Source of the DNA: a virus
Strand: one strand, 5' to 3'
Length of the DNA: 64,000 bases
IMG/VR virus record: IMGVR_UViG_3300025769_012879
Coordinates: 32,001-96,000 of that record
In this document: positions 30,899-41,538 of the stretch, in pieces
How the letters are laid out: every line of letters starts with the position of its first letter
Numbering within the stretch: the first letter of the stretch is position 1
Notes under the pieces: generated by a model
Database searches by the model: none
Seen by the model: only the letters and a program-made list of their open reading frames with translations
What the model was told of the DNA's origin: nothing
Translations under genes and position numbers: made by a program

Positions 30899-32593
30899 AT
30901 GGCAATTTTAACAAAAGATTCACTCATAGAAAGTCAAATCCCAGGTCAGAAATTATATCCTTTTGGGTCTGATCCTGATTTATCTGCGGTTTTAGCACAA
31001 AATTTTTTATTAAGTGGTCAAAAAATCATCTTTGATTTAAAGGTTGATAAGGATTTTTCTGCTGACTATGACTCATTTAGAATTGTAAACTTGAGTTCAA
31101 AAAGTATTGCAAAATTAAAAGAAGAAAATTTTCCATTTAATTTAGGTGACGAAACATTTGATATATTGTTTAATGAGAAAGACAATTCAAGAGATTACGT
31201 TTTAAAAGATTTAAATAAGATAGAGTTAGACTATGGTAGTGACAGTACAGGAAGAGTTTTAGTAGTCTTTGTTAACGAACCAAAGAGATTGTCAGAGATA
31301 TTTTTACTTTCATTTAGTTTAGAAGATGTTCAAATAGCAACTAAGAAAATAGTTAAGCAAAAAATTAAAGTTAAGAAAGGTAATGATTTCTTCTTTAAAG
31401 AACTAAAAAAGAATACGTTAGTCTCCAATCTTTTATTTTCCTACTCTAAGGATAAAGATTTAAGTGGGTTGTTCTGTGTTGATAGGAAAGCAGTCGCAGA
31501 AAAATATGCCGCTTTCCCAAATTTAATAAAAGAAGCAGATTTGAAAATTTTTGATGAGTTTTTATACAAAATCAAATTTAAGTTTAGAAAGTACGATAAC
31601 TCTAAAAATGGTTATTCAATTGCCAATAACAGAGATATTAATGTAGATGAGATTCTACCAGTAGAGAATCTTATCGTAAAAAATTCAAATTATATGCGGT
31701 TTTATAACTTTAAACAAAAGTTTCACGATTCTGTATCAAATTATCAAGGTTCAATCAAATTGTTTGTTAATGATGTTAGTATAAGAATTGCTAAGAATAA
31801 ACTTGTTAATTTACAAAAGAATAAAAAGCAAATAGATCCAGAAACTTTAAAAACTTTTATTGATGAGGTTTACGGTAAAAAGATTCCAAGATACCTAATG
31901 AGGTATAGACTAAACATAAATAATCTCTCAATAGAGCAGTTAAAGAAACTAGTTTTGCTTTTGGAAGACGAAATAACTTTAAAAATAGATATTGCATCTG
32001 AAAAAAGAAATGCAAATGAGAATGCAGCATCACAATACTTTTCGCCAAAGTTTTTTATTGCCAACTTCCTTAGTCCTACCATAGAGAATAATTTTAAAGG
32101 AAAAATAAGTTTTAAGGATTATAAAGATAACTCATTTATAAGTTTTGATAGTGGGCAATTTTTTAAAACAAAAAGCGCTTTAGATTTTGATTTAAATTCC
32201 AAGAACGTTAAAGTCATTGAGAATAAAACTTTTTCGAAAGTAGAAGATATAAGACCTATAAAAGAATTTTTACTTTCATATAAAAAAGATGAGCAAATAG
32301 TTAATAGCGGTTTAAAAAATAAGACAGAGTGTGGCACACAAGAGTTGAAAGCAGACGAAAGCGTCAACTTACCAATGGACAAGAAAGAGTTGGTGTTAAG
32401 CATTACAAAAAATCTAAAGCAAGATATCTATTATTTAGATTCAGTAAACGATACTGCTGCCGGTTTAATATTTAAAAAAGTTGATGAAAATACTTTACCA
32501 ACTTTGGAAATAGGTCAGAAACTTTTACTTAGAATTAATAATTATAACGAGTATTATGATTCTTATTTTTACTTGGTGAATAATTTAGGATAA
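30899..32593 (+). CDS. Hypothetical protein (Lys/Asn/Phe-rich)
   Basis: Long ORF; GAGGT RBS before ATG 30899. Confidence 0.6.
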   Translation: MAILTKDSLIESQIPGQKLYPFGSDPDLSAVLAQNFLLSGQKIIFDLKVDKDFSADYDSFRIVNLSSKSIAKLKEENFPFNLGDETFDILFNEKDNSRDYVLKDLNKIELDYGSDSTGRVLVVFVNEPKRLSEIFLLSFSLEDVQIATKKIVKQKIKVKKGNDFFFKELKKNTLVSNLLFSYSKDKDLSGLFCVDRKAVAEKYAAFPNLIKEADLKIFDEFLYKIKFKFRKYDNSKNGYSIANNRDINVDEILPVENLIVKNSNYMRFYNFKQKFHDSVSNYQGSIKLFVNDVSIRIAKNKLVNLQKNKKQIDPETLKTFIDEVYGKKIPRYLMRYRLNINNLSIEQLKKLVLLLEDEITLKIDIASEKRNANENAASQYFSPKFFIANFLSPTIENNFKGKISFKDYKDNSFISFDSGQFFKTKSALDFDLNSKNVKVIENKTFSKVEDIRPIKEFLLSYKKDEQIVNSGLKNKTECGTQELKADESVNLPMDKKELVLSITKNLKQDIYYLDSVNDTAAGLIFKKVDENTLPTLEIGQKLLLRINNYNEYYDSYFYLVNNLG

Positions 32594-32596
32594 AAC

Positions 32597-35500
32597 ATGG
32601 CTGATTTTGAAAAAGCAGGTAACGATTTATACGGCGCAAGCGAAGGCGATTCTGCCGGTCCCGGTCAAGATTTTTCGGGAGGCGGGGATCAGTCTGGACA
32701 ATCTGGACCATTAAATGAATTTCCATCAGCAGAAGGATCTGCGCCAGGAGAGGCACCTTCAAGTTTTCCTGTGGGCGACCTTCCAGTAGAAGGAGACTTT
32801 TCTGCGTTTGTACCAGTAGATGAAGGCATTCTTGGCGGTGGTGCTGACGGTAGTGGTCAGATAACAGGAGAAACGCCACCAGAAGGTCCCCCACCAAATG
32901 CAATCGGACCCACTGGTGATGATCAACTTGATACAGACATTGCAGAGGCAACTGCCCCTGGAGACATAACAACTCCAGATATCACTTTAACACCTGAAAT
33001 AGTTGCAAAAGATTTGAAACCTGGACCAAAGAAAGTAATTAAAAATCCTAGTTTATTTGATGTGAGTTTGTTAAAATCACCAGATGATTTAAAAAATTAC
33101 TTATCAGACCCTATTGCATTCATGGGCAACTATGTTTGGAATTATGACGTAACTTCCAACCAAATGGTCTTTAGATATACATTGCCTGATGATGTAATTC
33201 AAGATATAAATAAGATTACCAATCAATTTATAAAAGAATGTGAAATTTTGATATTTAATAATAAAGAAGTCTACAACCAAGATGAGGATACCAATCTACT
33301 CCTTAGAAAAATCATAATAGATAATCTTTTTCGACAGTTATTTGGTAAAAAGGTTAGAGAGTTCTTGGAGTCTAAATACCCAAATAGAGATTTGTCATTT
33401 TTAGTAGAAGAGGCAAAGATTACAGATGAAAAGTTCTCTCCATTGTTTAACGAAAATATTAAATTCTTTTGGTTTTGGTTAAATCAAGTTTGTTCAAAAA
33501 ATGTAGGAGTCCAGCAAAGTAGAATTTCAATTAATTTTAACGCAGAGTCTGCAAAACCGTTAAACTTGGTTTTTTATTACCTTGTACAATATTACTTGGG
33601 TGTTCCAAATTTAAATAACACCGAACAACAGAAGTCAATAATACCAAATGAAGAGAGTGTTATAGAGGCGTTACTAAAAACTGAATCAACAGATAAACCA
33701 AAACCAGGGCAAAAATTATTTAAATCTGTGCAGACTTATGATTATTACTACTTGTTATTTATAGACGCTATAAAAGACAATATTTTCACAAACACAAACA
33801 ACTACATCCGAAAAAATGCTAAAAACTTAATTGTAAGTGAACCAGTGATAAACTTTCAAGGTTCACCATTTTTTGGAGAAGGCATTCAGAGTCTAAGCGA
33901 AAAACAAAAAAAGTTGCTTGCAATTCCAAAAATAATAAATGAGTGTAAAAATATTGATGGTTCGAAAGATGAAACTTCTTTAAAACTTTTTTATAAAGAG
34001 GGAAGTGATGACATACTAGATAAGAATATTCCTGCTGGAAATCTTGGATGTTCGACTAAAGTTAAAAAGTGGGACGAGGCAAAAAATATAATTTTTGATT
34101 ATGATAGTGTTTTATCATCAAACCCAAGAAAAAATCTATCACTGCCATACTATAATAAATTAAACGTTGAATACAGTACTGCAATACCAAAAGAAGTCAA
34201 CATCTACGAAGCATTTAAGAACGACATTGCAAAAAAAGACACAACCAAATTATCAAGTTTCTTTAAGTCCCAAAAAGAGTTTTCCACATTGGCAACTTTA
34301 AAAGCGGCAGGTGATTTAGAATTAAGTGAAGTTTTAGTAGATAAAAGTTTGGTTGATGGAAAGAATTTTAAAGTTGCTAATTTAATATTGTCAAGTTATG
34401 AAAAGGGAGAAGGTCCTACAGAGTTTTACAAACTTTTATCAAATAAAAATCCTGAATTATATGTGAAAGGGTTCTCTCAATTGGCACCGTTCAATGGCGT
34501 TTTTCCTATTACTTCAAAGGTTAGAAAAAGAAGAGAAAACCAATCAATAGTTCAATCTTTTTATGTAAACGTATACGATACTAATTTAAATGGCGGCAAT
34601 AAACTTTACTCTTTGTATGATTCCCAACTAAAATATGGGGCAGGATACAAATATGAATTGCTTGAATTGATGAACTTTATTGAGGTAAATTATCAATACG
34701 AAAATGTATTCATAGATGACACAAAGGAAGTCATAACTGATACCCTCTCTGGAAAAGTTGCTGGACGAAAAATTGATATTGTTTTTGATGTTTCTCAGAA
34801 CTATAAAAATATTATTAACTCTTACAAGCAAGACGAAACAGATTTAAGCACATCATATGTTGATTTGCCACCAGTACCTTTGTACATGGAAGTATTTCCA
34901 TTGAAGGGTATGAACGATAAATTAGCATTTGCTTTTCAGAAATTTTCACAATCAAAGAAAGTTATTTATAAATCAATATCTAAAAAATTGTGGACAGAAG
35001 GTTGGAGTCAATCTAGAGAGTATTATATAAAGAATTCAAAAATAGAAGAAAAGTCAGTGCCTGAAGACAGAATTTATTTTTCTGATCAAAGCATAAAGAA
35101 GATAAACATATATTTCAAGAAAGGCGAAAAACCAACAAGTTTGTTAGAAATGACTGAAAAGTTTGGTGAACTTAACATATTTGAGGATTCATATTCTAAG
35201 TCTTTTAATTTGGAACCAAATGTTAAATATTATTTTGCATCAAAATCTGAATCCTTCACTGGACTTGAATCTTATTTTAGCGATGTGTATGAAGTTGAGT
35301 TAGTTGATGAAGGTGGTACTGTTTTCCCAATAGTAAAAGTTGTAGAGTTGGGCAAGATCAGACAAAGAATGGAGAGCATCAGTCTGTCAGATAAATTCAG
35401 AATTCAACCTGCCATGTTGCAGCAGGCACCCAATATTGAAAAAGATACGATAGGTTTCCTATCACCATCTGTTTTTTCTGATATAGAAGAGACTAGACCA

Positions 35501-36646
35501 AGATTTAAAGTACGATTGACTTCAAAAAAGACAGGCAGAAAGGTCGACTTCAACATAATTTATAAAAGAAAAATTAGTTTAGGTGCTCTCGATGCGGGAG
35601 AACTTAGTGTTGATTCGGTTAAGAAAGAAGACATCTTAATAAGTTATAAATCAAAATTTACAGAAAAAGCAGTGTCAGTTGCTGTTGATCCAGAGGTTGC
35701 TGATTTGGGTCCTGGTGCCAAATGGGGAGACATACTTACAGATCCCAATATTATTGATGTGATTTCCGGTGTCTTTTCTGATGAAAAATTAATTGAAGCG
35801 GCAATTGCTGCTGGTTTTAATGCAACTGGAATAATAAATGGTATTGTACCAACAATTGTAAATTATGCAGCAGAAAAAGAGAAAAAAGATGCTGAGGCAG
35901 CAGCAGCGGTTAGCACTGGCATTATTTCACCTATTGGTGCTCAAGTTGGTGAAATTATAGCAGCAGATCAAAAAGAACTCAAAAAACAAAAGGAAGACCT
36001 CGGTGCGGCGATTGGATTGGGAGTTAAGACAAAAATTTCAGGAGATGACTTAATTCAAGCGGGTTTAAATTTGACAAATCCTTGCTGCAAATCTGTTCTA
36101 AATGTGCCAGACGGTGTTGGTGGTCTAAAGGGTGAGACACAAAAAACCGACTTTAAAAGGTTGGACGATATTTACAATCTTGTAAAGCAAAAGAACTTTA
36201 ATAAAGATCAATTATTTAAATTAGTGAAAGATACAATCACGCCCACGCCCACCCTTGCTCTCCCGAAAGAGGGGGTAAATCCAGGCGTAACTAAATTAAA
36301 GAATCTGGAAGCGCTCTGTTATTTTTGTAAGCGCGTAGAATACAAATCTACTGGAAAATCATTGTTTGCAATAATTGAAGAAAAATTATCAGGAGCAGAC
36401 CTCACAAAGTTTATAGACTTGATTGACTGTACAAAATTGGGTTGGCAGGATAAAAGAGGGCAAGTGCCAGCAAATAAATTTTATTGGAAATCCTCAGAAA
36501 TAACTATTCTCAATGCTAGTCCTATGTCTTTAGTTGTAACAGGCAAATGCCCGGTGCCAACAAAGAATGCATTTAATGCACCAGGGTCAGAGGATCTTAG
36601 TAATACTGATACGACACCAGGGTTCACACCAAATTTTGGAGATTAA
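32597..36646 (+). CDS. Large putative virion protein with acidic Gly/Pro-rich N-terminus
   Basis: 1349-aa ORF inside the tail/baseplate block. Confidence 0.6.
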   Translation: MADFEKAGNDLYGASEGDSAGPGQDFSGGGDQSGQSGPLNEFPSAEGSAPGEAPSSFPVGDLPVEGDFSAFVPVDEGILGGGADGSGQITGETPPEGPPPNAIGPTGDDQLDTDIAEATAPGDITTPDITLTPEIVAKDLKPGPKKVIKNPSLFDVSLLKSPDDLKNYLSDPIAFMGNYVWNYDVTSNQMVFRYTLPDDVIQDINKITNQFIKECEILIFNNKEVYNQDEDTNLLLRKIIIDNLFRQLFGKKVREFLESKYPNRDLSFLVEEAKITDEKFSPLFNENIKFFWFWLNQVCSKNVGVQQSRISINFNAESAKPLNLVFYYLVQYYLGVPNLNNTEQQKSIIPNEESVIEALLKTESTDKPKPGQKLFKSVQTYDYYYLLFIDAIKDNIFTNTNNYIRKNAKNLIVSEPVINFQGSPFFGEGIQSLSEKQKKLLAIPKIINECKNIDGSKDETSLKLFYKEGSDDILDKNIPAGNLGCSTKVKKWDEAKNIIFDYDSVLSSNPRKNLSLPYYNKLNVEYSTAIPKEVNIYEAFKNDIAKKDTTKLSSFFKSQKEFSTLATLKAAGDLELSEVLVDKSLVDGKNFKVANLILSSYEKGEGPTEFYKLLSNKNPELYVKGFSQLAPFNGVFPITSKVRKRRENQSIVQSFYVNVYDTNLNGGNKLYSLYDSQLKYGAGYKYELLELMNFIEVNYQYENVFIDDTKEVITDTLSGKVAGRKIDIVFDVSQNYKNIINSYKQDETDLSTSYVDLPPVPLYMEVFPLKGMNDKLAFAFQKFSQSKKVIYKSISKKLWTEGWSQSREYYIKNSKIEEKSVPEDRIYFSDQSIKKINIYFKKGEKPTSLLEMTEKFGELNIFEDSYSKSFNLEPNVKYYFASKSESFTGLESYFSDVYEVELVDEGGTVFPIVKVVELGKIRQRMESISLSDKFRIQPAMLQQAPNIEKDTIGFLSPSVFSDIEETRPRFKVRLTSKKTGRKVDFNIIYKRKISLGALDAGELSVDSVKKEDILISYKSKFTEKAVSVAVDPEVADLGPGAKWGDILTDPNIIDVISGVFSDEKLIEAAIAAGFNATGIINGIVPTIVNYAAEKEKKDAEAAAAVSTGIISPIGAQVGEIIAADQKELKKQKEDLGAAIGLGVKTKISGDDLIQAGLNLTNPCCKSVLNVPDGVGGLKGETQKTDFKRLDDIYNLVKQKNFNKDQLFKLVKDTITPTPTLALPKEGVNPGVTKLKNLEALCYFCKRVEYKSTGKSLFAIIEEKLSGADLTKFIDLIDCTKLGWQDKRGQVPANKFYWKSSEITILNASPMSLVVTGKCPVPTKNAFNAPGSEDLSNTDTTPGFTPNFGD

Positions 36647-36670
36647 TAAAAACATTTTATCAAATATATG

Positions 36671-36680
36671 ACTATTTATA
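36671..36680 (+). promoter_or_regulatory. Candidate late promoter ACTATTTATA
   Basis: Intergenic; core 28 nt before ATG 36700, upstream of AGGAG RBS. Confidence 0.6.
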
Positions 36681-36699
36681 TTGATTAGGAGCAAATCAA

Positions 36700-37644
36700 A
36701 TGGCAAGTTTTTTAGATAATAGTGGCGATATAATTTTAGATGCCGTGCTTACAGACACAGGTAGAAAATTATTGGCAGAGGCACAAGGACAATTTAGTAT
36801 TGTTACGTTTTCTTTTTCAGATGACGAGATCAACTACAACCTTTTCGATGCCACCGCCTCCACCGCCAACCAAGATTTAAATATTTTAAGAACACCAGTT
36901 TTTGAAGCGATGACCAATGCTGCATCTTCTTTGAAATATGAACTGATATCACTACAGAACAACAATATATTATTTTTGCCAACAACAAAGATTAACACCA
37001 ACGAAGCAAATGGTGCATTCCCAGGATTCCCATTTGCAGCGTCCGCGTATGGAACAGACACTTTTGTTTTATTAGCAAGCAGTGTTGCTTCTCAGAAATT
37101 TTTAGATAATGGACCGTTACCAGCAGGATTCATTGATGGTGTAAACTACTTTGGTGTTTTGGGTAGCAAAATCATATTGGACCAAGGTTTAGACACAACA
37201 CAAATAAGTTGGACCAACTTAATAAACAACGACGACTTAATAGAGGAGAGTTGGATATTTGAGGGAGATGAAAGACTTTTAGTTCCTTTGACGCCTGATG
37301 CTCAAAACTTTGCCGCTCCTTCTTTTGTGGATAGCGACAATATTGCAACATACCTATTAGAAGATAATGAATACTATCAGCAGGGTGCTGACGGAAGTCA
37401 AGCACTTGCTAAGAAGGAAACATCTCCAATTGCAGGTCCAAGAGGTCCAAGAACATTAATACCAATCGCAGCAGGCGAATTAGTCTTGGGAAGTAGTTAT
37501 CTTCACGATCAGATTGGAACCACAGAGAGTGGTTATTTCCCAGATGGTACAGACGCAAAAGTTATTGATACTAAGTTTAGACTAAAAGGAAATAACACTG
37601 GAATGACTGTAGAAGTACCAGTTAGAGTAGTAAGAGAAGCATAA
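36700..37644 (+). CDS. Tail/baseplate structural protein
   Basis: FLDNSGDIILDAVLTDTGRKLLA...FSFSDDEINY. Confidence 0.65.
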   Translation: MASFLDNSGDIILDAVLTDTGRKLLAEAQGQFSIVTFSFSDDEINYNLFDATASTANQDLNILRTPVFEAMTNAASSLKYELISLQNNNILFLPTTKINTNEANGAFPGFPFAASAYGTDTFVLLASSVASQKFLDNGPLPAGFIDGVNYFGVLGSKIILDQGLDTTQISWTNLINNDDLIEESWIFEGDERLLVPLTPDAQNFAAPSFVDSDNIATYLLEDNEYYQQGADGSQALAKKETSPIAGPRGPRTLIPIAAGELVLGSSYLHDQIGTTESGYFPDGTDAKVIDTKFRLKGNNTGMTVEVPVRVVREA

Positions 37645-37668
37645 TTTTAAAGGAAAAAGGAAACAAAA

Positions 37669-38757
37669 ATGGCAATTAGAAAACCGCTAGCACAGGAAGA
37701 TATAACTGCAACTAAAACATTGTTGCACGAAAGTTTACCAATTACTGGTACAATTTTTTCTGGTACTTACGACACTGACGATCTTACAAGAGGAACAAAT
37801 ATTAAGACCTATGGTCACGGCATGTTTCAGTCTGTTTATGATTACCCTTACCTAAGTTCCTCAGCAAACCACATCATGGACCTAACTTTAGGTATTAGAA
37901 ATGAGACAGTTGCCTCTCAGAGTGTTGATAAGGCAAACATTTACAGTGAGTTTGCTCAGATGTTGGCAGGATATGATTCCACTGCATCAATCGAACCATT
38001 GAGAGTTTCAGGAACCGCAACTGGTGATATTATCCAGAATCCTATGTTCATTAGCGTTGCTAGACTTCTACAGAAGGATGAAATTCAAAAAGGTTCATTT
38101 AAGTTAACACTAGGTTTGGATGAAGACTACTCTACACCTTTCACCAATCTATTTTACATTAGTGATTTTGGTGCAACTGAATCTTACAATTCCGTTAACT
38201 CTCCTCTTGGCGAGTTCGGCATTCTTAGAAGTGGATCATCAACTGATGCAACCGATGCAGCAAACAACGACGCTGTTGGTTTAGTTTACTATCAGGCAGG
38301 AATTGTTGTTCTAGATATGTCCGCAACAATTGATTTAGCAATGGCAAATCAATCATTAACCGGCGATGATTTTGAGTTTGTGAAAAGCAGCACAACATCA
38401 CCAAACTTGTTAACTTACACAGGAAGTTATGAGTCAGGAACAATTGATCAAAACGCTGATGCATTAAGACACAGAATTTACAATATGGAATTCAACAACA
38501 CAACAGAATTGAATTCAACAATTTACTTCTGTAGAGCAGGACATAATGAATTCAACTATAGTTCAAACCCAACATACTTGTCTTCTAGTCAAATAAGGGT
38601 TAAGGGTAACAATCCCAAGGCGAATCCCATTAGTTATATCACAACAGTTGGATTATACTCTGCTGAAGGTGCGCTTGTCGCGGTTGGTAAATTTAGTGAA
38701 CCATTAAGAAAGGATTCTACGACTGAATTGACTGTCCGTGTAAGATTGGATTACTAA
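37669..38757 (+). CDS. Tail/baseplate structural protein; paralog of 38769
   Basis: C-terminal YFCRA..NEFNYSSNPTY...YITTVGLY...LVAVGKFSEPLRK. Confidence 0.65.
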   Translation: MAIRKPLAQEDITATKTLLHESLPITGTIFSGTYDTDDLTRGTNIKTYGHGMFQSVYDYPYLSSSANHIMDLTLGIRNETVASQSVDKANIYSEFAQMLAGYDSTASIEPLRVSGTATGDIIQNPMFISVARLLQKDEIQKGSFKLTLGLDEDYSTPFTNLFYISDFGATESYNSVNSPLGEFGILRSGSSTDATDAANNDAVGLVYYQAGIVVLDMSATIDLAMANQSLTGDDFEFVKSSTTSPNLLTYTGSYESGTIDQNADALRHRIYNMEFNNTTELNSTIYFCRAGHNEFNYSSNPTYLSSSQIRVKGNNPKANPISYITTVGLYSAEGALVAVGKFSEPLRKDSTTELTVRVRLDY

Positions 38758-38768
38758 GAGATGTTGAA

Positions 38769-40100
38769 ATGCCAAAAAAGAAATTTGGACCAGATGATGT
38801 ATTTCATAACACAGTAAAGACGTACCCAAAGTATAATTTTACATACTATTTTAATAACTCGTATATAAATAATCGACAAACAGATGGTCAAAATGTAGTA
38901 AGCGGCACTCTGTCTTTATATGAACTAAATGTAGACAGAGAAGTTGGAACTACTGATTTAATAAGTAATTTCATTATTAAAGGTGAAAATGATCTAAATT
39001 TTGTACCTTCAAATGTTGCTGACCCTTTGACAAATCAAGAGTATAAAGTTTTAAATCCCGGTACAATTATGAGAGGTACTTACCCAATAACCTCTTCAAT
39101 ATCAAGAGAGAGGTTGATCGGTAATGGTGCAGCAGCACCCTTTAGCGGATTCGATATCTTAGAGGGCATTTCAGAGGCAGAATCAGTTCGAAAAATAATT
39201 GCTTTACAAAATGTTTATCAATATAACGAAATTTATAGCAATAAATTTAACTATTCTGACTTTTATATATCCGGTGCCATAAATGCAAAGGCGACAACAA
39301 TACAAGAAGCAGCATCGCCATATCAAAAATATATGTCATTGTTCTGTTTCCCAGAAATATTTAAAGCGCAGAGAGTCAGACCTGGATCTCTTGAACTTAA
39401 TTTTTATATTACTGGCACACTCATTGGCACAGCAAAAGATACAAAAAGAAACGGAGAGATAGTAGAAACATATGGACCCCGAACGGGATCAACTGTTGGT
39501 ACCATATCATACAAAGAAGGAATTATGATACTGACAGGAAACTATGTTTTAGATAGTTCTGTTCAAGATGGATATTTAAGTCCTAGTTTCCATTTGGACC
39601 ATAGTGATCCACTTAGTGCGAGTTATAAAGATTCACCACGATGGGCACACTTTGGTGCATATCAATCATTTATAACCAACTCTTTAGACCCAGTTTCTGG
39701 TTCCTATGCTCCAGTTTCCTCATCATACGAGTTGAAGTTTGAAGGAACAAACGCAATTCCAACTTTAACTATGTTTTGTCACGCCAATAAAAATGAAATG
39801 AACTGGAGCAACAATTTGTCTTATTTAGATAGAGAATATGCTACAGGATCAACATATCAAGAGATAGTTGTGGCACAGACTGGATCAAACTATTACAAGG
39901 AAAAAGAAACACTAACTGTTAAAAACACTATTTCAAGTTCATTCGACAACTATTCAGCATCATATTCAGACCAAACTTTTATTTCAAAGATTAATATTTT
40001 TGATAATGATGGTAATATAATAGCAGTAGCAAAATTAGCAAAACCTGTGACTAAAACAAACAGCACAGATTATACTTTTAAATTAAAAATTGACTTATGA
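38769..40100 (+). CDS. Tail/baseplate structural protein; paralog of 37669
   Basis: C-terminal MFCHA..NEMNWSNN.SY...FISKINIF...IIAVAKLAKPVTK. Confidence 0.65.
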   Translation: MPKKKFGPDDVFHNTVKTYPKYNFTYYFNNSYINNRQTDGQNVVSGTLSLYELNVDREVGTTDLISNFIIKGENDLNFVPSNVADPLTNQEYKVLNPGTIMRGTYPITSSISRERLIGNGAAAPFSGFDILEGISEAESVRKIIALQNVYQYNEIYSNKFNYSDFYISGAINAKATTIQEAASPYQKYMSLFCFPEIFKAQRVRPGSLELNFYITGTLIGTAKDTKRNGEIVETYGPRTGSTVGTISYKEGIMILTGNYVLDSSVQDGYLSPSFHLDHSDPLSASYKDSPRWAHFGAYQSFITNSLDPVSGSYAPVSSSYELKFEGTNAIPTLTMFCHANKNEMNWSNNLSYLDREYATGSTYQEIVVAQTGSNYYKEKETLTVKNTISSSFDNYSASYSDQTFISKINIFDNDGNIIAVAKLAKPVTKTNSTDYTFKLKIDL

Positions 40101-40627
40101 TATTAGGATTAGACGTTTCAACCAGCATCACAGGATATACAATCCTTGATAGTAATGGAGACCTTATAGAATACGGTTCTATTGATACGAGAAAGCACAA
40201 AAACTTTTTTACCAAAGCAGGGGTGGTTGAACAGAAATTAATCGCTCTGAGGCAATCCTACGCGGTTCAAGCGATATATATCGAACAGTCCCTACAATCA
40301 TTTCGTTCTGGTTTCTCATCTGCACAAACTCTATCAACTCTTTCACGTTTTAATGGTGTGGTTAGTTGGATTTGTTTTACGTTGTTTAATTTAGAACCAG
40401 AATATATTGCAGCGGTGTCAGCACGGCGAATTTGTGGGATAAAAGTACCAAGAGGTACTAAAGCAAAACCAGTGGTGTTGCAATTTGTTCTTGACAACGA
40501 ACCCCAGTTTGTTGTAGAATATACCAACAAAGGCAACCCACGTCCTGACAGTTATGATAAAGCAGACAGTTGGGTGATTGCCAAATCTGGTTTTAGCGAA
40601 TGGCAACAAAAGAACAAAAAATCTTAA
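40097..40627 (+). CDS. RuvC-like Holliday junction resolvase
   Basis: MILGLDVSTSITG, IYIEQ, DKADSWVIA: acidic catalytic pattern of the RNase H fold. Confidence 0.8.
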   Translation: MILGLDVSTSITGYTILDSNGDLIEYGSIDTRKHKNFFTKAGVVEQKLIALRQSYAVQAIYIEQSLQSFRSGFSSAQTLSTLSRFNGVVSWICFTLFNLEPEYIAAVSARRICGIKVPRGTKAKPVVLQFVLDNEPQFVVEYTNKGNPRPDSYDKADSWVIAKSGFSEWQQKNKKS

Positions 40628-41538
40628 AAAAATTATTGGGTGATTACTACGAGAGCAGCGATGAAATGCTGTTCTCTTGTCCTTTTTGTAATCATCATAA
40701 GAAGAAGATGTCCATCAATCTTGAGAAGAATGTATGGAAGTGTTGGGTTTGTGATTCATCAGGTAGGTCTGTTGATTTTTTGGTAAAGAAGTTTGGGTCT
40801 GCACAAGATCTAAAAGATTGGGGTCTTGATAGAGAACTAAACTTTGAGAACATCGAGTTTATTCTTTTTGGAGAAAAAGTTGAAGTTAAGAAGGAGACGG
40901 TGTTTTTACCGGAAGGATTTATTCCTCTATTTGCACCCGGTCGCTCTTATCATAAGCAAAGGGCGCTAAAGTACATGCGAAAGCGTGGATATGATGACGA
41001 TCAGATTTTTAGAATGAAAGTCGGCACATGTACAAAAGGCGAATATAAAGGTAGAGTTATTGTCCCCTCATTTGATGAACAGGGCGATTTAAATTATTTT
41101 ATTGCTAGAACTTATGCTAATGACTTTCCAAAATACAAAAACCCGAAAGTATCAAAAGCATCAATGGTTTTTAATGAGTTGACAATCAACTTCAATCGTC
41201 CTATAATAATAGTTGAAGGTGTTTTTGATGCAATGCGTGTTGGAGAAAACGCTGTCCCAATTTTGGGATCAACAATTAAATCTGACCATCTATTGTTTCA
41301 GAGAATTGTAGAGAACAGAACACCAGTTTATATTGCGTTGGATGAAGACGCACATAAGAAAGAAAAGAAAATAATTCAGTTATTTTTGAATTATGGCATT
41401 GATGTTAAGAAGGTTGACACATCTGGATATGAAGATATTGCAGCGATGCCAAGAGAAGTGGTAGAAGAGAGAATTGAGAACGCAACTGATATGGGTGGAT
41501 TAAACTTATTGTATCAGTTGATTGACGAGGTTGCATGA
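40600..41538 (+). CDS. DNA primase (zinc finger plus TOPRIM)
   Basis: CPFC...WKCWVC, FIART, KYKNP, IVEGVFDA, ALDEDA. Confidence 0.85.
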   Translation: MATKEQKILKKLLGDYYESSDEMLFSCPFCNHHKKKMSINLEKNVWKCWVCDSSGRSVDFLVKKFGSAQDLKDWGLDRELNFENIEFILFGEKVEVKKETVFLPEGFIPLFAPGRSYHKQRALKYMRKRGYDDDQIFRMKVGTCTKGEYKGRVIVPSFDEQGDLNYFIARTYANDFPKYKNPKVSKASMVFNELTINFNRPIIIVEGVFDAMRVGENAVPILGSTIKSDHLLFQRIVENRTPVYIALDEDAHKKEKKIIQLFLNYGIDVKKVDTSGYEDIAAMPREVVEERIENATDMGGLNLLYQLIDEVA

